Assembly: GCA_965153455.1 (NCBI GenBank)
Contig: OZ234493.1
Location: forward strand, 33,594,213-33,658,212
From: Sphagnum compactum
Lineage: Eukaryota
Reading direction: 5' to 3'
Length of the DNA stretch: 64,000 nucleotides
Shown here: positions 25,001-37,915 of the stretch, one piece after another
Layout: the number at the start of each line of letters is the position of its first letter
Position numbering within the stretch: the stretch's first letter is position 1
The notes under the pieces: generated by a model
The model's database searches: none
What the model was told of the DNA's origin: nothing
The model's input: only the letters and a program-made list of their open reading frames with translations
Made by a program: the position numbers and the translations under genes

Positions 25001-26266
25001 CAAGAGAGATGGCATACATGTAGATCGACTGAACAAGGAAGTTAGCTTTGCTATGGGACCATGACTGAATGTTGCCCTAAGTGATGGTTGATTGCAGAGC
25101 CGTCTACGACAAAGCCGTGCAAGAAAACAACAAGAACATGGCTCAATTGATCAAAGACACATCTGTTGTGCGATCTCTGCCAACCACTGCACAGCAGGCT
25201 GCCATTGGTAAGTACCTTGCACCACATATATGACCCACCAATTCTCTGCAGCCTGACTGACCTCCAACACTGTCGACCACTGATACAGCTATGATCCTTC
25301 GGGTCAAGTACAGCAGCTACAGTCCTTTAAACTTTCCCTAATTCCCCATCAAAACACAGTATGAGAAGGATTTATCTGTGTCTTGGCATGTTACAGATGC
25401 TGGACTTCCAGAACCTTCCGCTCAAAAACCTGTGACCAGGAGACGGGGCAAACAGAAGGCCCCCAAGAAGCCATATACTCCTCGCAAGAAGAAGGCCGCC
25501 GCTGAAGGAGCTGCCGCTAAACGCCCCAGAAAGCCCTATACTCCTCGCAAGAAGAAGGACGTCGTTCCAGCAGGAGCCACTGCTGCGGCAGAAAATGACC
25601 AGACATTACAGCAGGTGGTAATTCATGCTTTATGTCATTCTCTTTTAGCCTCCAAACTTCAAAGGGATGCTCCTTGGTCCATCTAAAACAATTTCATCAA
25701 GACAATGTATGTTCCCAAGAGGACTGATGGCTTTCTGGCAGGCTTACATTGAACCCTATGTAAGTCCAGGAGAGGTTCTGGAAAGATAATTGTTTGGTTT
25801 CTGCATTCAGGACGATGCCACTATGTCGGAGAATGGCACCAACAACACAGACATTTCATCAGCTCCCGGAGGTACTCCAACTGATCAGCATGTCCAGCTC
25901 CCAGGAGCTGATGATGGTGATGACCAACGTGAAACCTCAGTAACCATGAGCTGGGAGCAGCAGGAAGTCGACGTGCAGGACGTGGAGCCGACTCCAGACT
26001 GTGTACTGTTCAATCCAGCGCCAATAATCGTACCGTCGTATGTACAGGCCGATGATCCAGTGCTCCCGTCTCGTCCAGTAATTGTTGCTGCTGGAAACAA
26101 TGCTGCTGCACCAGTTGCTGATGAAGTGCCGATTAACCCGGCAGCAACTGCACGCACTGTCCAAGCTCCTGGTGGTGTGCTCATTGGAGGTCGAGTCTCC
26201 AGTGCATTTCGTCCATACCGATCCTTTGATCCTTTACTGCTGCAGATCCTTCGTCCGAAGGATTAA
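22034..26266 (+). CDS. AP2-like: Divergent euAP2-lineage (double AP2 domain) transcription factor, copy 1, ~780 aa
   Basis: Exons 22034-23229, 23380-23417, 23574-23604, 23862-23958, 24245-24390, 24700-24750, 25098-25207, 25397-25614, 25811-26266. All introns are GT-AG and the frame is continuous (2343 nt). Motifs [61 protein letters not shown], linker [16 protein letters not shown] and [12 protein letters not shown]. The 31-nt and 146-nt exons match APETALA2 gene structure as I recall it. Probable 5'UTR introns start at 21567 and span 21891-22032. Confidence 0.9.
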
Positions 26267-29200
26267 ACCCTGAGCAGCTCGTCATGGTGCCGACAAGAAA
26301 ATCCTGGTTGTCCATAACTTACAACAAAATTTCAAAATGTCTCACATACTGGAGGGTGCAGCTGCAGGATCGGACTGCACCTTGAAAGTATTGCTCTGTT
26401 CCAAGTTCTATTCCTGCTCTAGTGGGTCAATCTGTTTCCATTCTGGATCGGCTACAATTTCTATTGTTTCAGACTAGGATGACAGACCTCTACATTCAAA
26501 GATTCTCTCCGAAAACATATTAAAACATTCCAGAAGCTAAAAAAGCACTCCTGACAATTGCAGCACGTGTCTTATAATCAACTGTGTTTTGAAGACAGCT
26601 GATCAATACAGCAGCTTCTCTCGAATGTAGCGAGATGCTGGATTTTGAGAAACTTTTCTACATGTAATCTTCACAGCCGGCTTGGAAGTAGTCCATTTAG
26701 CGCGAATAATATATGCTAGTTCACTATATAGGCTGAACCATTTTGATGTCAGTAGCAGTAGACCTTCATTGTACGTGGATTGATCTGATACATGCTCATG
26801 AAACTCGTTTATAGGAAGACGCTAAGATGGTTTATAATAAGGTTTATTCTGGATTAATGTGGTTGCGTTGCAATAGCTTGCTAAAATTCTGTAATGCACA
26901 CTAGATGATATTCAGGAATAAAAGCGCTTCTGTTAATCTGTACAACTCCTGGCAACAGCTTAGAGCATGCTTTATGACTAGCGTAGGATGTGTAGATGTC
27001 TCTGACTTGATATACAACTTCTTTACAAGATATTGTTCTTGTGCGGAAATTACGAAGCAGATTCTATCACGGAAAATTTACCGCTTCAAGGAATTGCGCA
27101 GTTACGGACTGATTTCGTTGCACCTGGACTCTTATCAAGTGAGATCTAGATAGATGATTAAACACATTCCATTGCTCCTGAACTTCTGTCATGTGAGATC
27201 TAGAAGAGCGATGAATTAGACCCTAGTTAATCAAAGTAAGATTAGAGTGTCGACTAGTGTTGCTGAAGTTCCAGACGAAGACGAAAGACTTAGTGTACGT
27301 CCTACTGTTCAAAAGCCATGAGCGACATTCATTTCCTGCATGTCTTAGCTGTAGATTTATAAAGGAACGTACGACGTGAGCGCTGCAATCATCAACAAAT
27401 TTGGCAGTGGACTGATGATCTTAAAAAAACAACTTTTAGTGAACTACGAAAATGGTCACTTCATAGTTCACTAAAAAGAAGTTAACTAGTGATTACTCCA
27501 GAGAGCTGATTTTCAGACGGTTTGCAAGTTGTTTACCTTTTAAGTTTATACATGTGATTCGAAAAGGCAGAAACGGATTATATGGTCATTTATTCGATAC
27601 TAAACTCCGTAATCGCAAAAATATTAACTAACTGCGTTGTTGCGGTTGACACTATGCATGATGAGCGCAACTAATTTTGGAGGAGCATATTAATTGGCAG
27701 AGGGCTGTGTAATTTAGAAAATCGAAGGGGCTCAAGAACATTTTTGCAATTACTTTTCTTATGAGATTTGAAAAAGTTTTATTGAAACGCAAGTTTTGCT
27801 TACGAGATGCAGTGGATTACGTCCAAATGTGGTCTCGTGATAAAGTCCGCTAATACGGAGTTCAAGAAGGAGCGGACACGACATGAGCAATGGACACCTC
27901 CATCACTGCCGCCAATCAACTAGCGCCACCTACACGGGGCTAGTTATGATCAACTACGGAGCCGTACAAATATCCTCTAGTCATGAAGTAGATCATACTA
28001 CTCTAAGGATTCTCTCTCAGTACATTTGTCGGCAACGGTGAAAATAGCGCTAAATTCACAAAGATTAATTAGAGACATAATTTCTAGATAATCAATCATT
28101 TGTGATAACAGGTGCTTATTTCACGCGTGGCTGGATGGCTCCGTTCAACGTACATTGATTACCCTCGTACGTATACTTTATTAAATTCGTTGCCTTACCG
28201 ACACCAACAGTACTGGCTTTGGGCGCATGACTCCATCAGAATCACCAGATTTGACACAGTCAGCGTTTTATCAGGAACGCAATTGTGCTATCAAACTAAC
28301 TTCTACGTGAATTGCACTGCTTTTGTTGCTAATTAAGGTCACTCCCTAATTTTATCTCACCAATGCTGATAATCACGTACAGTGCATGGCTTCCCGGTTG
28401 TGGCACTTTTCTGAGAAAAACTCATTAATTGCATGTAATTATTTATTTACAGTTGTAAACACGACTGTGTTTCAAATATTTTGATGTTGAGTTTTTTCCA
28501 ATTTTCTCCCAAACAAAAAGAAATTAACCAAATTTTACATTTGAAAGGAAAAAGAAAATCTAAAAACTTTCCCTGTTTCTGTAGGAAAAAGACAACTTGT
28601 GCCAGGCAAGAAAAAAACACTGGAACTCTGCTACAGAGCTCATGATTTGACCCGCACACCAACAGCGGCCCACAACATGCACACGTGAACTGCTTGCACG
28701 TGAACTTGCTCAGTGTTCCCAGTGCTGGTTGATTTGGGATGAAAACATACAGGTGGGCATGGAACTGGTAGAACATAAATGCGAGTTGATACATAAATTA
28801 TGCCCCTAATTTCTTTAGGGCACGCATAGTAGGGGGTGTCCCGGCAAAAACCCAAAAGAATCTCGAAAATCCAAAAGAATCTCGTTTTCGGGTGGGGAGC
28901 TGCCTCTAAGGGACAGCTGACTAGGGATATGTGTACACTGACTATAGTTTTCTTTTGGTCCCAGATTTTGAGGATTGTGCACCAGGTGTTGTTGTGAACC
29001 ATGAGTCAACTAATTTTGGGAAACTTCACATGTGCAAGGGTTCCTTTTTTTAACTGTGTTTTAAAATTTCAAAACATCTTGGTTTGAAGTTTGAACGTGC
29101 CATACCAGGCAGAGTCAGGGTTTTTTTTTTGCAATTTTGTGAAGTGGCAACCATCCATAAAATGATTTAGCAGATTTGGCTACATACTAGATATGAAAGT

Positions 29201-29508
29201 AGAAAAAGAAACCTGAATTGTTCTATATTCTTGGCTACCTACTGGAACTTATCTTAAAAAATCTGGTGAACTTGGATTTTTTTCCTTTTGAAATCTGTCG
29301 AATTTGGGCCATTTTTCCCATGGAAAGTCCATTGTATAGGTTGAGATCATATTTTTCAGGTCGAAATTTGGCGAAAATTTCCCAAACTGGCTTCCACTTC
29401 CTAATGCCATTTAATCTGATAACTTTGCCCCTGGAATTAAGGATGTGATGCTTGCACACAATATTTGGGAATATTAATATCTTTGCTAGCACAGGTCTGG
29501 AATTGGTA

Positions 29509-29531
29509 TTATATATATATATATATATATA
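29509..29531. repeat. (AT)n microsatellite
   Basis: Seen directly. Confidence 0.85.
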
Positions 29532-31377
29532 ACTGTCTCAACAACAAGTGCTGTAATTGTTTTTGGTATTGGTATGAGTATTGTATTTTGGTCATTTTTT
29601 GACAAAAACTGGGAAGTTTTTTATTTGTAATTTAAATTGGACTATTTTTTGGAAAAATTCACCAAATTCCTGATATCACAATGTTTTTAGAAAAATACTT
29701 ATAATTGGTATTGATTGATCCCTGTGGACTTTTGTGCGATCCATTAGGCCTGTCTGGAGCAGCCACTCACTAGTGGGCAATTCAGTTCCTGGAATTACAT
29801 AAAATGGGTTATCCTATGTGACTCACCAAATTATGTATGCTAATTTTTTCAAAATAATTCCTGGGTTTGATACTCTTCAATAATAGCTGAAAACACCTAA
29901 GATGAGAATATATGTTGAAATTTTCATGATGAATTCATCATTCTTTTTCCATTTAGAAAAGACATTTGAACTCATGTATAGCACATGCAACCCCAATAAA
30001 TTAAAACTGCTAGAATAACTCTAAATGATAGAAAATGTGTAGGGGAAGCCCTGGTACCCCGGGCCTCCACTAATTTGAGGGTCATACCCTCAAGGGCCAT
30101 AGTCAAAGGGTATAGGGCCAATAATTAGGGGAGGCCCATGGGATGATGCCTCCCCAGCATAAAGCACCAAAGGTCTTTTATTCAAATGGTGTGGGAGGTT
30201 TGCATGCCGTCAGTAGAAGGGTCCTTGAACTGACAAATGAGTCCTCTGTTCCAGGAAGTCCTTTCAAATACGTAAGGACAATATCCTACAAAACCATGTA
30301 GGAGCTGTGGATTCAAGAGAGAAGAGGGTAGGATGTGAATTTAGGTTCTTTGGCAAATTCTACAAGGCAGAAGTTTATGAGCACAAATAGATTTCTACAA
30401 TAATTTTGAGACTCCCCAGGGTTGTGCAAAGCGGGATAAATATGTTACACATTGTGACTAATACTTTATTTTCTTTGTTGTTACATGTTAATGTAACTAG
30501 ATAGTGAACTACATGTACTTATAAAAGTTCGTACTATCAATTCCTATGGATTTTAGAGGGGTTCCATTCAGGGGCTTTTTTTCCCCAATTTTGTGGCTCA
30601 AGAGTTTTGCCATTATTTTTCATTTTTTAGCAATTTTCTTTGAATTTAGACTAAAATGCAGAAATATTCCAAAATATTTTGTTGCCACAGGGTGAAAATT
30701 CACTCAAAACAAAAACCTTTGGTTCCATGGAGCTTAAGTCAATGATGTATAATCAGATAGAGGGAGTGTAGGGAAATAGCTCTCAAAGCATTTGAAGAAA
30801 TTCCCTAGTGCATTTAGAGGGCACCTTATATTTCGGAAATTACCTCTAGAAAAGAGGATGGGTCTTACACCTTCTACTTTTGAGTAGGAGGGATATTATG
30901 CTATGCGAATAGGTATACGTATAAAATATTACCTTGTCTTAGGCCCCTTATTTTGGGAATTTGCCCCCACCTTAGGGATTTATCTTGCACATAAAGTCGG
31001 GTTATATTATCTAATACTCAACACCCACCAATGCACCATTCATTAGAAACTTGAGATAATTCATTGTGAATGATGATGACTTTTGAATGGCCTAAAATGA
31101 GCCATACTTTCCAAGTCCACATCATAATCATTTTTGGGTGGATTTCAGTTTTTTTTTTAACATGTACAATAAAAAATTGTTTAAAATGGATTATTTTCAT
31201 ATGGGTTTTTTAGTTCATTAACCACCATGTAATTCCCTACTAAATTAATGATATCAAAATAGACTATCATTTAACACTATCATATGGACTTTTAGCGAGT
31301 AAAGCATCCGCCAAAAATTAGCCACCTTAGAATGCATACACCCAATATTAGTAAAATTTGTATGATAATATGCTGTT

Positions 31378-31652
31378 GGGGTCCAAATTTTTTAAGGTGT
31401 ACCAAAATCTTGTCACAACGTCACCCTTTTTTACCTTTTTTACCTAGTCATTTTTTACCATGTAAAGACACATTTATGGATGATTATGATGGAATCTAGA
31501 ATTATATTGATCTAAAATATAGTCCTTTTGAAAATTTTGACAACTTGTGATTCATTATTTTTTATGGGGATCAAAATATAGGGTAAAAAAGGATTACGGT
31601 AAGGATTAAACCCTTTTCATCCTTTGTGGTACATCTTAAAGGATTTTCACCC
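31378..31652 (+). mobile_element. ~275-bp dispersed repeat (MITE-like, GGG...CCC ends); second copy at ~34334-34607
   Basis: GGGTCCAAATTTTTT...GGATTTTCACCC present twice in direct orientation. Confidence 0.65.
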
Positions 31653-31811
31653 ATTGTAGTTTCATTAATTTGGCCTCTCTCCTTGTTTCAAATTCAAAGG
31701 GTTGAATCTTATGATGTTAGATGTGAACATTAACATTTGGCTTTCAATCTCTCATGAAAATTCATTGTTGTGATTTAGATTTGATATGAATGTTTTTAAC
31801 ATAATGTGTAT

Positions 31812-32512
31812 ATGGATCTTTTTGGAATCTTTGGTTACAAAATTGTTTTTATTTGGAAATAATGTAGTTGAATTTTTTAATAATATGACAATCATGTAAA
31901 AAATGATCATTAATTTGTTAAGTTTGGTGGCCACCAGGTGGAGTTCATTCCATCCACCAAGTTGTATAAAGTCCTAAATTAAAAATTTAGTCCCATACAA
32001 TGTCCTGATGAATTCGTGAATTTCTCATGAAACAATCATTTGCACATATTGAAAAATAATGTTTCAAAACCTATAACTTATAAGGAATTCAAACCCCAAC
32101 CTTAGAAAAGGTGGTACCCATTGCAATTCAAGCCGTACCTACATCCCAAACCCAATGAGAAAAAAATTTAATGCAAGTTGAAAAAAAATGAACCTGTGTC
32201 AAATGTTCCTCATGAAAAACTAGTTTTCAAAAAATTGAAATGGATTTTTGAATGTATAATTGGCAACATATATCTATCATGGAAAGCTTATATTTCTTTG
32301 TCTTTTTTGTATTTGTGGGTTGGCAAAGTTTTTAGTACATGGATCTTTTTGGAATTGTTGGTTACAAAGTTGTTTTCATTTGGAAATAATGTAGTTGAAA
32401 GTTTTTATAATATGACATTCATGTCAAAAGTGATCGTTAATTTGTTAAGTTTGGTGGCCAATAGGTGGAGTTCACTCCATCCACAAAGTTGTATAAAGTC
32501 TTAAATTAAAAT
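31812..32512 (+). repeat. Local direct repeat of ~175 bp (31812-31985 and 32340-32512)
   Basis: TGGATCTTTTTGGAAT...GTTGTATAAAGTC.TAAATTAAAA occurs twice. Confidence 0.75.
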
Positions 32513-33203
32513 TTAAAATTTTAAATTAATTAAACATGTGTTCCAACTTAGTTACACATTAAATACAACTACTATATTAAGGTAGACCAGCCCGGGGAGG
32601 GTTTTGTTGCTTCTAATGTCCAAAAAAACCTTAAAGCCCTCCTCTTGGCACATCTAACACACTAAGAATTGTAAAAAATAGATTAGAAATGAGAAAGTTA
32701 TGGCCCCCAAAGTAAAGGGGGTCAAGAATTTCAAAAAAAAAACCATTGAACACTACAAAGGCCGATTCTTAAACACCCAAAAAGATCCTTGTATGTTGCT
32801 TTGTTGTTATTAGAGTTCAAACATGATTTGTAGAAATTTAGGTGGCATTCTTATAACATTTAAAATCATTTAAAATGAATAAAAAATAAGAAAGTTATGA
32901 GGTTTGAAATAGAAGGGGTCCAAAGAGAAGCAAAAAAAAAAAAGTTTTGTAACTTGGAAAGCTTATTTTTCTTATTTTTCTTTGTGTTAATTTTTCATTA
33001 CTCATTTTCCTTTGCATATCAAAGATGATTGTAGGATATTTTTAATAATTATGATTACTTATAATGAAAATATTATTTTATTATTATTACGTAACTTAAA
33101 CTAGTAATTAGTTTAAGACGTTTGGGTACTTGTAGGTTATTAGTATAGTCTATTTACCATAAATATTTTAACATAAATAATAAAACTTAAATATATAATA
33201 CAT

Positions 33204-33822
33204 GTGAAAGCACGGTAAAGTGTATAGCTAAAAGTACTTGTTAATCTACTTCTCAAGTGAACAAAAAGTAGGACCAAAATCCATCACAAAATTGTTATAC
33301 ATTCAATCTTTTTAGTTGAATGATAAATAACAAGATACCTTTTTATTATTACGCAATAATTTTTAAATTTTGTGTTGTAAAAGTAGGTTTCAAGGAGACT
33401 TTTCTAAATGCAAGTAACTTTGAAAACCTATTTTCTGCAATGTAAGATTTGATTCAAGTATGTGTTAAGTATATTCTAGCAAAAAAAAAAAGATTTTTTT
33501 TGGTGATGCCCTTGAATATACAATAATATTCATGTTATAATTTCATACATGTATACTTCATTAAATTTTCTAATGAAAAAGTAGGTTTGAACACCATTTT
33601 GACCAATCAATTTCAAACGTACTTATCCCGTACTTTTATTATTCCAAAGTTTTCGAAATTTTGTAGTTCATTTACAATAAACCCAATTGAGGGCTCAATA
33701 GTTTCAAAACAAAATTTAAGTAAAATTTGAGTATACTTTCTTTTGTTTCTGTGAAAAACTACTTCTTTTTAAACTTGATATTTTTTCATCAATTTTTAAA
33801 ATATACTTTACCATGCTTTCAC
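33204..33822. mobile_element. MITE-like element with ~21-bp inverted ends
   Basis: GTGAAAGCACGGTAAAGTGTAT vs ATATACTTTACCATGCTTTCAC. Confidence 0.55.
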
Positions 33823-34607
33823 CCATATTTATTGAATATATATTAATAAATATCATTAGAATTATAATAAATTCTTAATAAATAGTTATGATAACTTATA
33901 ATAATTATTAATATTATAATATTAATACCTAAAAATATTATAATTCAAATTTAAAAAATAATTATAATAATCCTTAATAATAGTTATTCCTATTAATATT
34001 AGTTATTAATATTAAGTACTTAATAGTAGTAGTAATAAATATTATTAATTCTGAATAATAATAAAAATATTTATTAATATTAACTATCAATTTATCTTAA
34101 TTTAATTTATCCATTACCTATAATATTTAAGTAATAACATTATCATATTAAATAATTCTGAATATTTTACTGTGAAATCAAATTTACATTTTCTAAAAAT
34201 AATTTCAAATAAATTAAAATAAAAAAATTCTAGTTGCCAAAAAAAATAGTTAAATATATTTGACAAAAAAAATTTGAAATTTTGCAATACATATTTTAGC
34301 TATGTTTGATTTAGCCTAATTTAATTTAGTTTAGGGTCCAAATTTTTTTAAGTGTATCAAAATCTTGTCATAGTGTCACCCTTTATTGTCTTTTCTACCT
34401 ATTCCTTTTTTACCATGTAAAGTCACATTTATGGAAGATTATGATGGAATGTAGAATTGTAATGGTCTAAAATATAGTCCGTCAAATTTTTTTGACAACT
34501 TTTGACTTATTAATTTTTATGGGGATCAAAATATAGGGTAAAAAAAAATTGTAATAAAGATTAAGTCATTTTTATCTTGTGTGGTATTTTTAAAGGATTT
34601 TCACCCT

Positions 34608-35085
34608 TTAGCCGTAATTAGTTTAATGTAATTTAATTTAGCCATGATTAGTTTGGCTTAACTTAATTTAGCCATAGTTAGTTTAGCTTAATTTAATTTA
34701 CTTAATTCAATTCAATGTAACTTAATTAACCATGGTTAGTTTTAGTTTAATTTAATTTGGCCATAATTAATTTAACTTAACTTAATTTAGCCATAGTTAG
34801 TTTTAACCTAATTTAATTTAGTTTAATTTAATTTATTTTAGCCATAATTAATTTAACCCAACTTAATCTAGCCACAGTTAGTTTGGCCTAATTTATTTTA
34901 GCTTAATTTAATTTAGCAATAATTATTTTGGCCTAATTTAATTTAGTTTAATCTAATTTAGCCATTATTAGTTTAACTTTATTTAATTTAATTATGGTTA
35001 GTTTAATGTAATTTAATTTAGCTTCATTTAATTTAACTATAATTAATTTAGCCATGGTTAGTTTAGGCTAGTTTCAATTAGCTTG
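34608..35085. repeat. AT-rich degenerate minisatellite (AATTTAGCCAT.GTTAGTTT units)
   Basis: Seen directly; more than ten imperfect units. Confidence 0.8.
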
Positions 35086-35199
35086 GGTTTAACCTTAGTA
35101 TTAGAAATACACAATATTATACATAGCCTATGTAGATATATTAAGTATACTAATTTAAGTATGTATTAATTTAGATCATTATTTTTGACATGTGTTCAT

Positions 35200-37915
35200 G
35201 TTGTACACATTACATATAGTGAAAGACGTCGGGATGAGAAATGAAGCTTCCCCTGAATCCGTCCCGTCGTCCCTCCATCCATTCGTCCGGTCGTCCATGC
35301 GAATCGACGCCTTGGAAGCTCCGAGGTTGCCGGTTGCACACCATCCCTCTATTGAGTCTGACATTGGAGCTTTCTGCCCACCAAGAATGGGAAGGAAATA
35401 AACCAGGAATGGCCCTCCATTCATGTCCCTATTAAGATACATCATCATCCTCCATGTGCTGCTTGCTTGCTTGCTTACTTGCTGGACGGTGCATAAATAA
35501 TCACCATGTATGTCCCTATTCTATATAGTAAAGGACGTCGTGGTCGTGAAGCTTTGGGATGAAATGAAGCTTTCCATCCAGACGTCGGCATGAAATGAAG
35601 CTTTTCATCTAGACTTCGGCATGAAATGAAACTTTCCATCCATTCGTTTGTCATCCATCCCGTCAACCATCCAAACATAACAAATATATATTTAAAAAGG
35701 GAAAAAACTAGAAAAAAATAAAAATAGAAAAACACTTTAACAATTAGAAACTTTTTGTAAACACTTAAACATGAAACAAAAAAGGGAAATACAGTAAAAT
35801 AATCTTAAAAGAAAATTAGAAAATAGATGACAAAAAATAAGAAACAAAACAGAGAGCAAAAGAAAGAGAAAAAAAAACCATACTTGAAAAAAAAATGAGG
35901 TTTGTCTTCTTTTTCCAAACTTCAAACCTGCATCTAATCAAACAAAAATAAAAAAGTTTTTTTTTAAATTATTTTTATTATAAAAAATATTAGAAAAACT
36001 AGAATTTTTTTGAAAAGAAAATAAAAAGAAAATAAATAAATAAACGCATAAAAATAGAAAAAAAATGAAGATAGACAAAATAAGAATAGAAAAAATTAAA
36101 ACATGAAACAAACATAAACAAAAAAAGTAAAAACACAAAAACTATAAAAAAGGAATGGAAACAAATGAAACAAGGAAAGGGAAATACAGTAAAATCATTA
36201 AAAAAGAAAAAAATTTACAAAAAAGAAGAAACCAAATAAAGAATAGAAAATAAGAAAAAATAAAACTTATAATAATGAAGAAAAACCCTACTTGAAAAAG
36301 AATGAGGTGTGTCTTCTTTCTCCAAATTTCAAACTTGCATCCAAATAAACAAAAATACAAAAGTGAAAAAGAAACACTTTATTTTTATTATACAAAATAA
36401 TAATAAAACCAGAAAACACATAAAAATAAAAAATGAAAAAGATAAAAGTTTTGAGAAAAAACTAAAACATGAACCAAACATTGTTGAAATAACACACCTG
36501 TGCATTAGGCACGGGGTTCAAAATCCATCCCGTCATGGTCTGTTTACCTCGACAAGCTTTGCGATCAGGTCTTCGACGCAATTTTCGATGCTTGCCTTGA
36601 GCAACAATGAGCTGAGCACGCGGGGGGCCATTAGACCCGCACCCCGTTTCTGCTCTTCTCTACTGTCTCCCGAACTTGACACCGACACCAAGATTCTTCT
36701 TCTTCTTTGTTTCTTTGTTTCTTTCTTCTTCTTCGCATTAACTACCCTGAAACCAAACCCTGAACCTGCCGAAACCCTGAACCAACCAAAACAAAGGCGC
36801 AAGCCGAGGTACAAGAATGCAACAGTGGACACAACACACTCTTTGGCAGCCAAGCACATGAGATAGCGGAACAGGAGGCGACGGTAACGACCTATTGGGT
36901 TCTTACAGAAGATGAAGGAGAAGCAACAAGGAGGAGGTGTAGACCAAGGGACGCCATCGCCATCGCTGCCGGTGCAAGCAAAGCTTCCGGGAGGCAGCAG
37001 GGGTGGAAGCGCACTGATGTAGGCGACAAGGCAGCCAAAACGGTGCGGTGCGTGGGAGGGAATAGAATCGACCGGTCTGGAACCGAGCGAACGGGCGGCC
37101 CTTGAGAGGGGCCGTTTTGTTTGGCTATGTAAAGGACGTCGTGGTTGTTTTTCGTGAAGCTTTCCATCCATCCATCTGTCCCGTCATCCATCCATCCATC
37201 CGTCCCGTCATCCATCCATGGATGGCATCATTGCAGCCCATGTGGTTAAGATTTTGCTGTACGCTTAGAAACAGTCACATTATACAACAACATTTTTATT
37301 TTATTTTGGCAAAATTTCGCCAACTAGCAATAAAAAAAACCCAGTGCGACCTCTAGGAAGGAATTTTTAAAAAGAACTTCCAGAACATTCGCCATATTTC
37401 TTAGAAAAGAAGAAAAAACAAGTGAGTCCGTGTAGCTCACCTAGATTTAGGCAGGATTGCAGAAAAAATTGTACTGTCCGCCTAGGACAGTCGCCATTGC
37501 ACCTACCTAAGGAATTTGAAAAAAAAAACTCCTATTATACAGGGTTTGCTTTTTTTCAATTTTTGTGATTAGTTATCCCACAAAGAGGATTTAGCCAAAT
37601 TAGGCTATAGACCATATAAATGACAGTGAATAAAACACTTAAGAATATTTATGCTTTATATGTATTTGGCGAATTTAAATTATTTTTTCTAAATTTGGCG
37701 ATTAGGGCCATTCCTTTTCACAAAAAATGTTAGAATGTGTAGAAAAAAAATAAAAATTTCAGATTGAAACAATGAAAATAAATTCCCCCAAAAAGAACCT
37801 AGTAATGTGGTATATATAGAGAGGTTTTGGAAATGTAGTTTGTAGTTGTAATTTTTGTAATATGTACCGTCAAATACACACACCACCTGTGCATTAGGCA
37901 TGGGGTTCAAACTAG
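35200..37915 (+). mobile_element. Compound non-autonomous Helitron
   Basis: 3' hairpin CCTGTGC-ATTAG-GCATGGG (37886-37904) followed by CTAG|T at 37912-37916. The same hairpin occurs internally at 36497-36515 without CTAG. Three copies of a 5'-type module (AAAGGACGTCG...GAAGCTT...CCATCC) near 35220, 35530 and 37130. The exact 5' end is uncertain. Confidence 0.7.

Larger units (their letters stand above)
14960..29812 (+). repeat. Segmental tandem duplication, unit 1
   Basis: Collinear homology blocks with unit 2: 15120/42160, 15650/42750, 15950/43430, 17470/44240, 18850/44490, 20450/44890, 20620/46450, the AP2 gene, 26270-28450/51550-53560, 28610/53705, 29400-29810/55560-55965. Confidence 0.9.

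Noticed and set aside
36309-37171. 185-aa and 212-aa ORFs as intact genes
   Set aside because: Both span Helitron repeat modules or low-complexity sequence; only part looks gene-derived.
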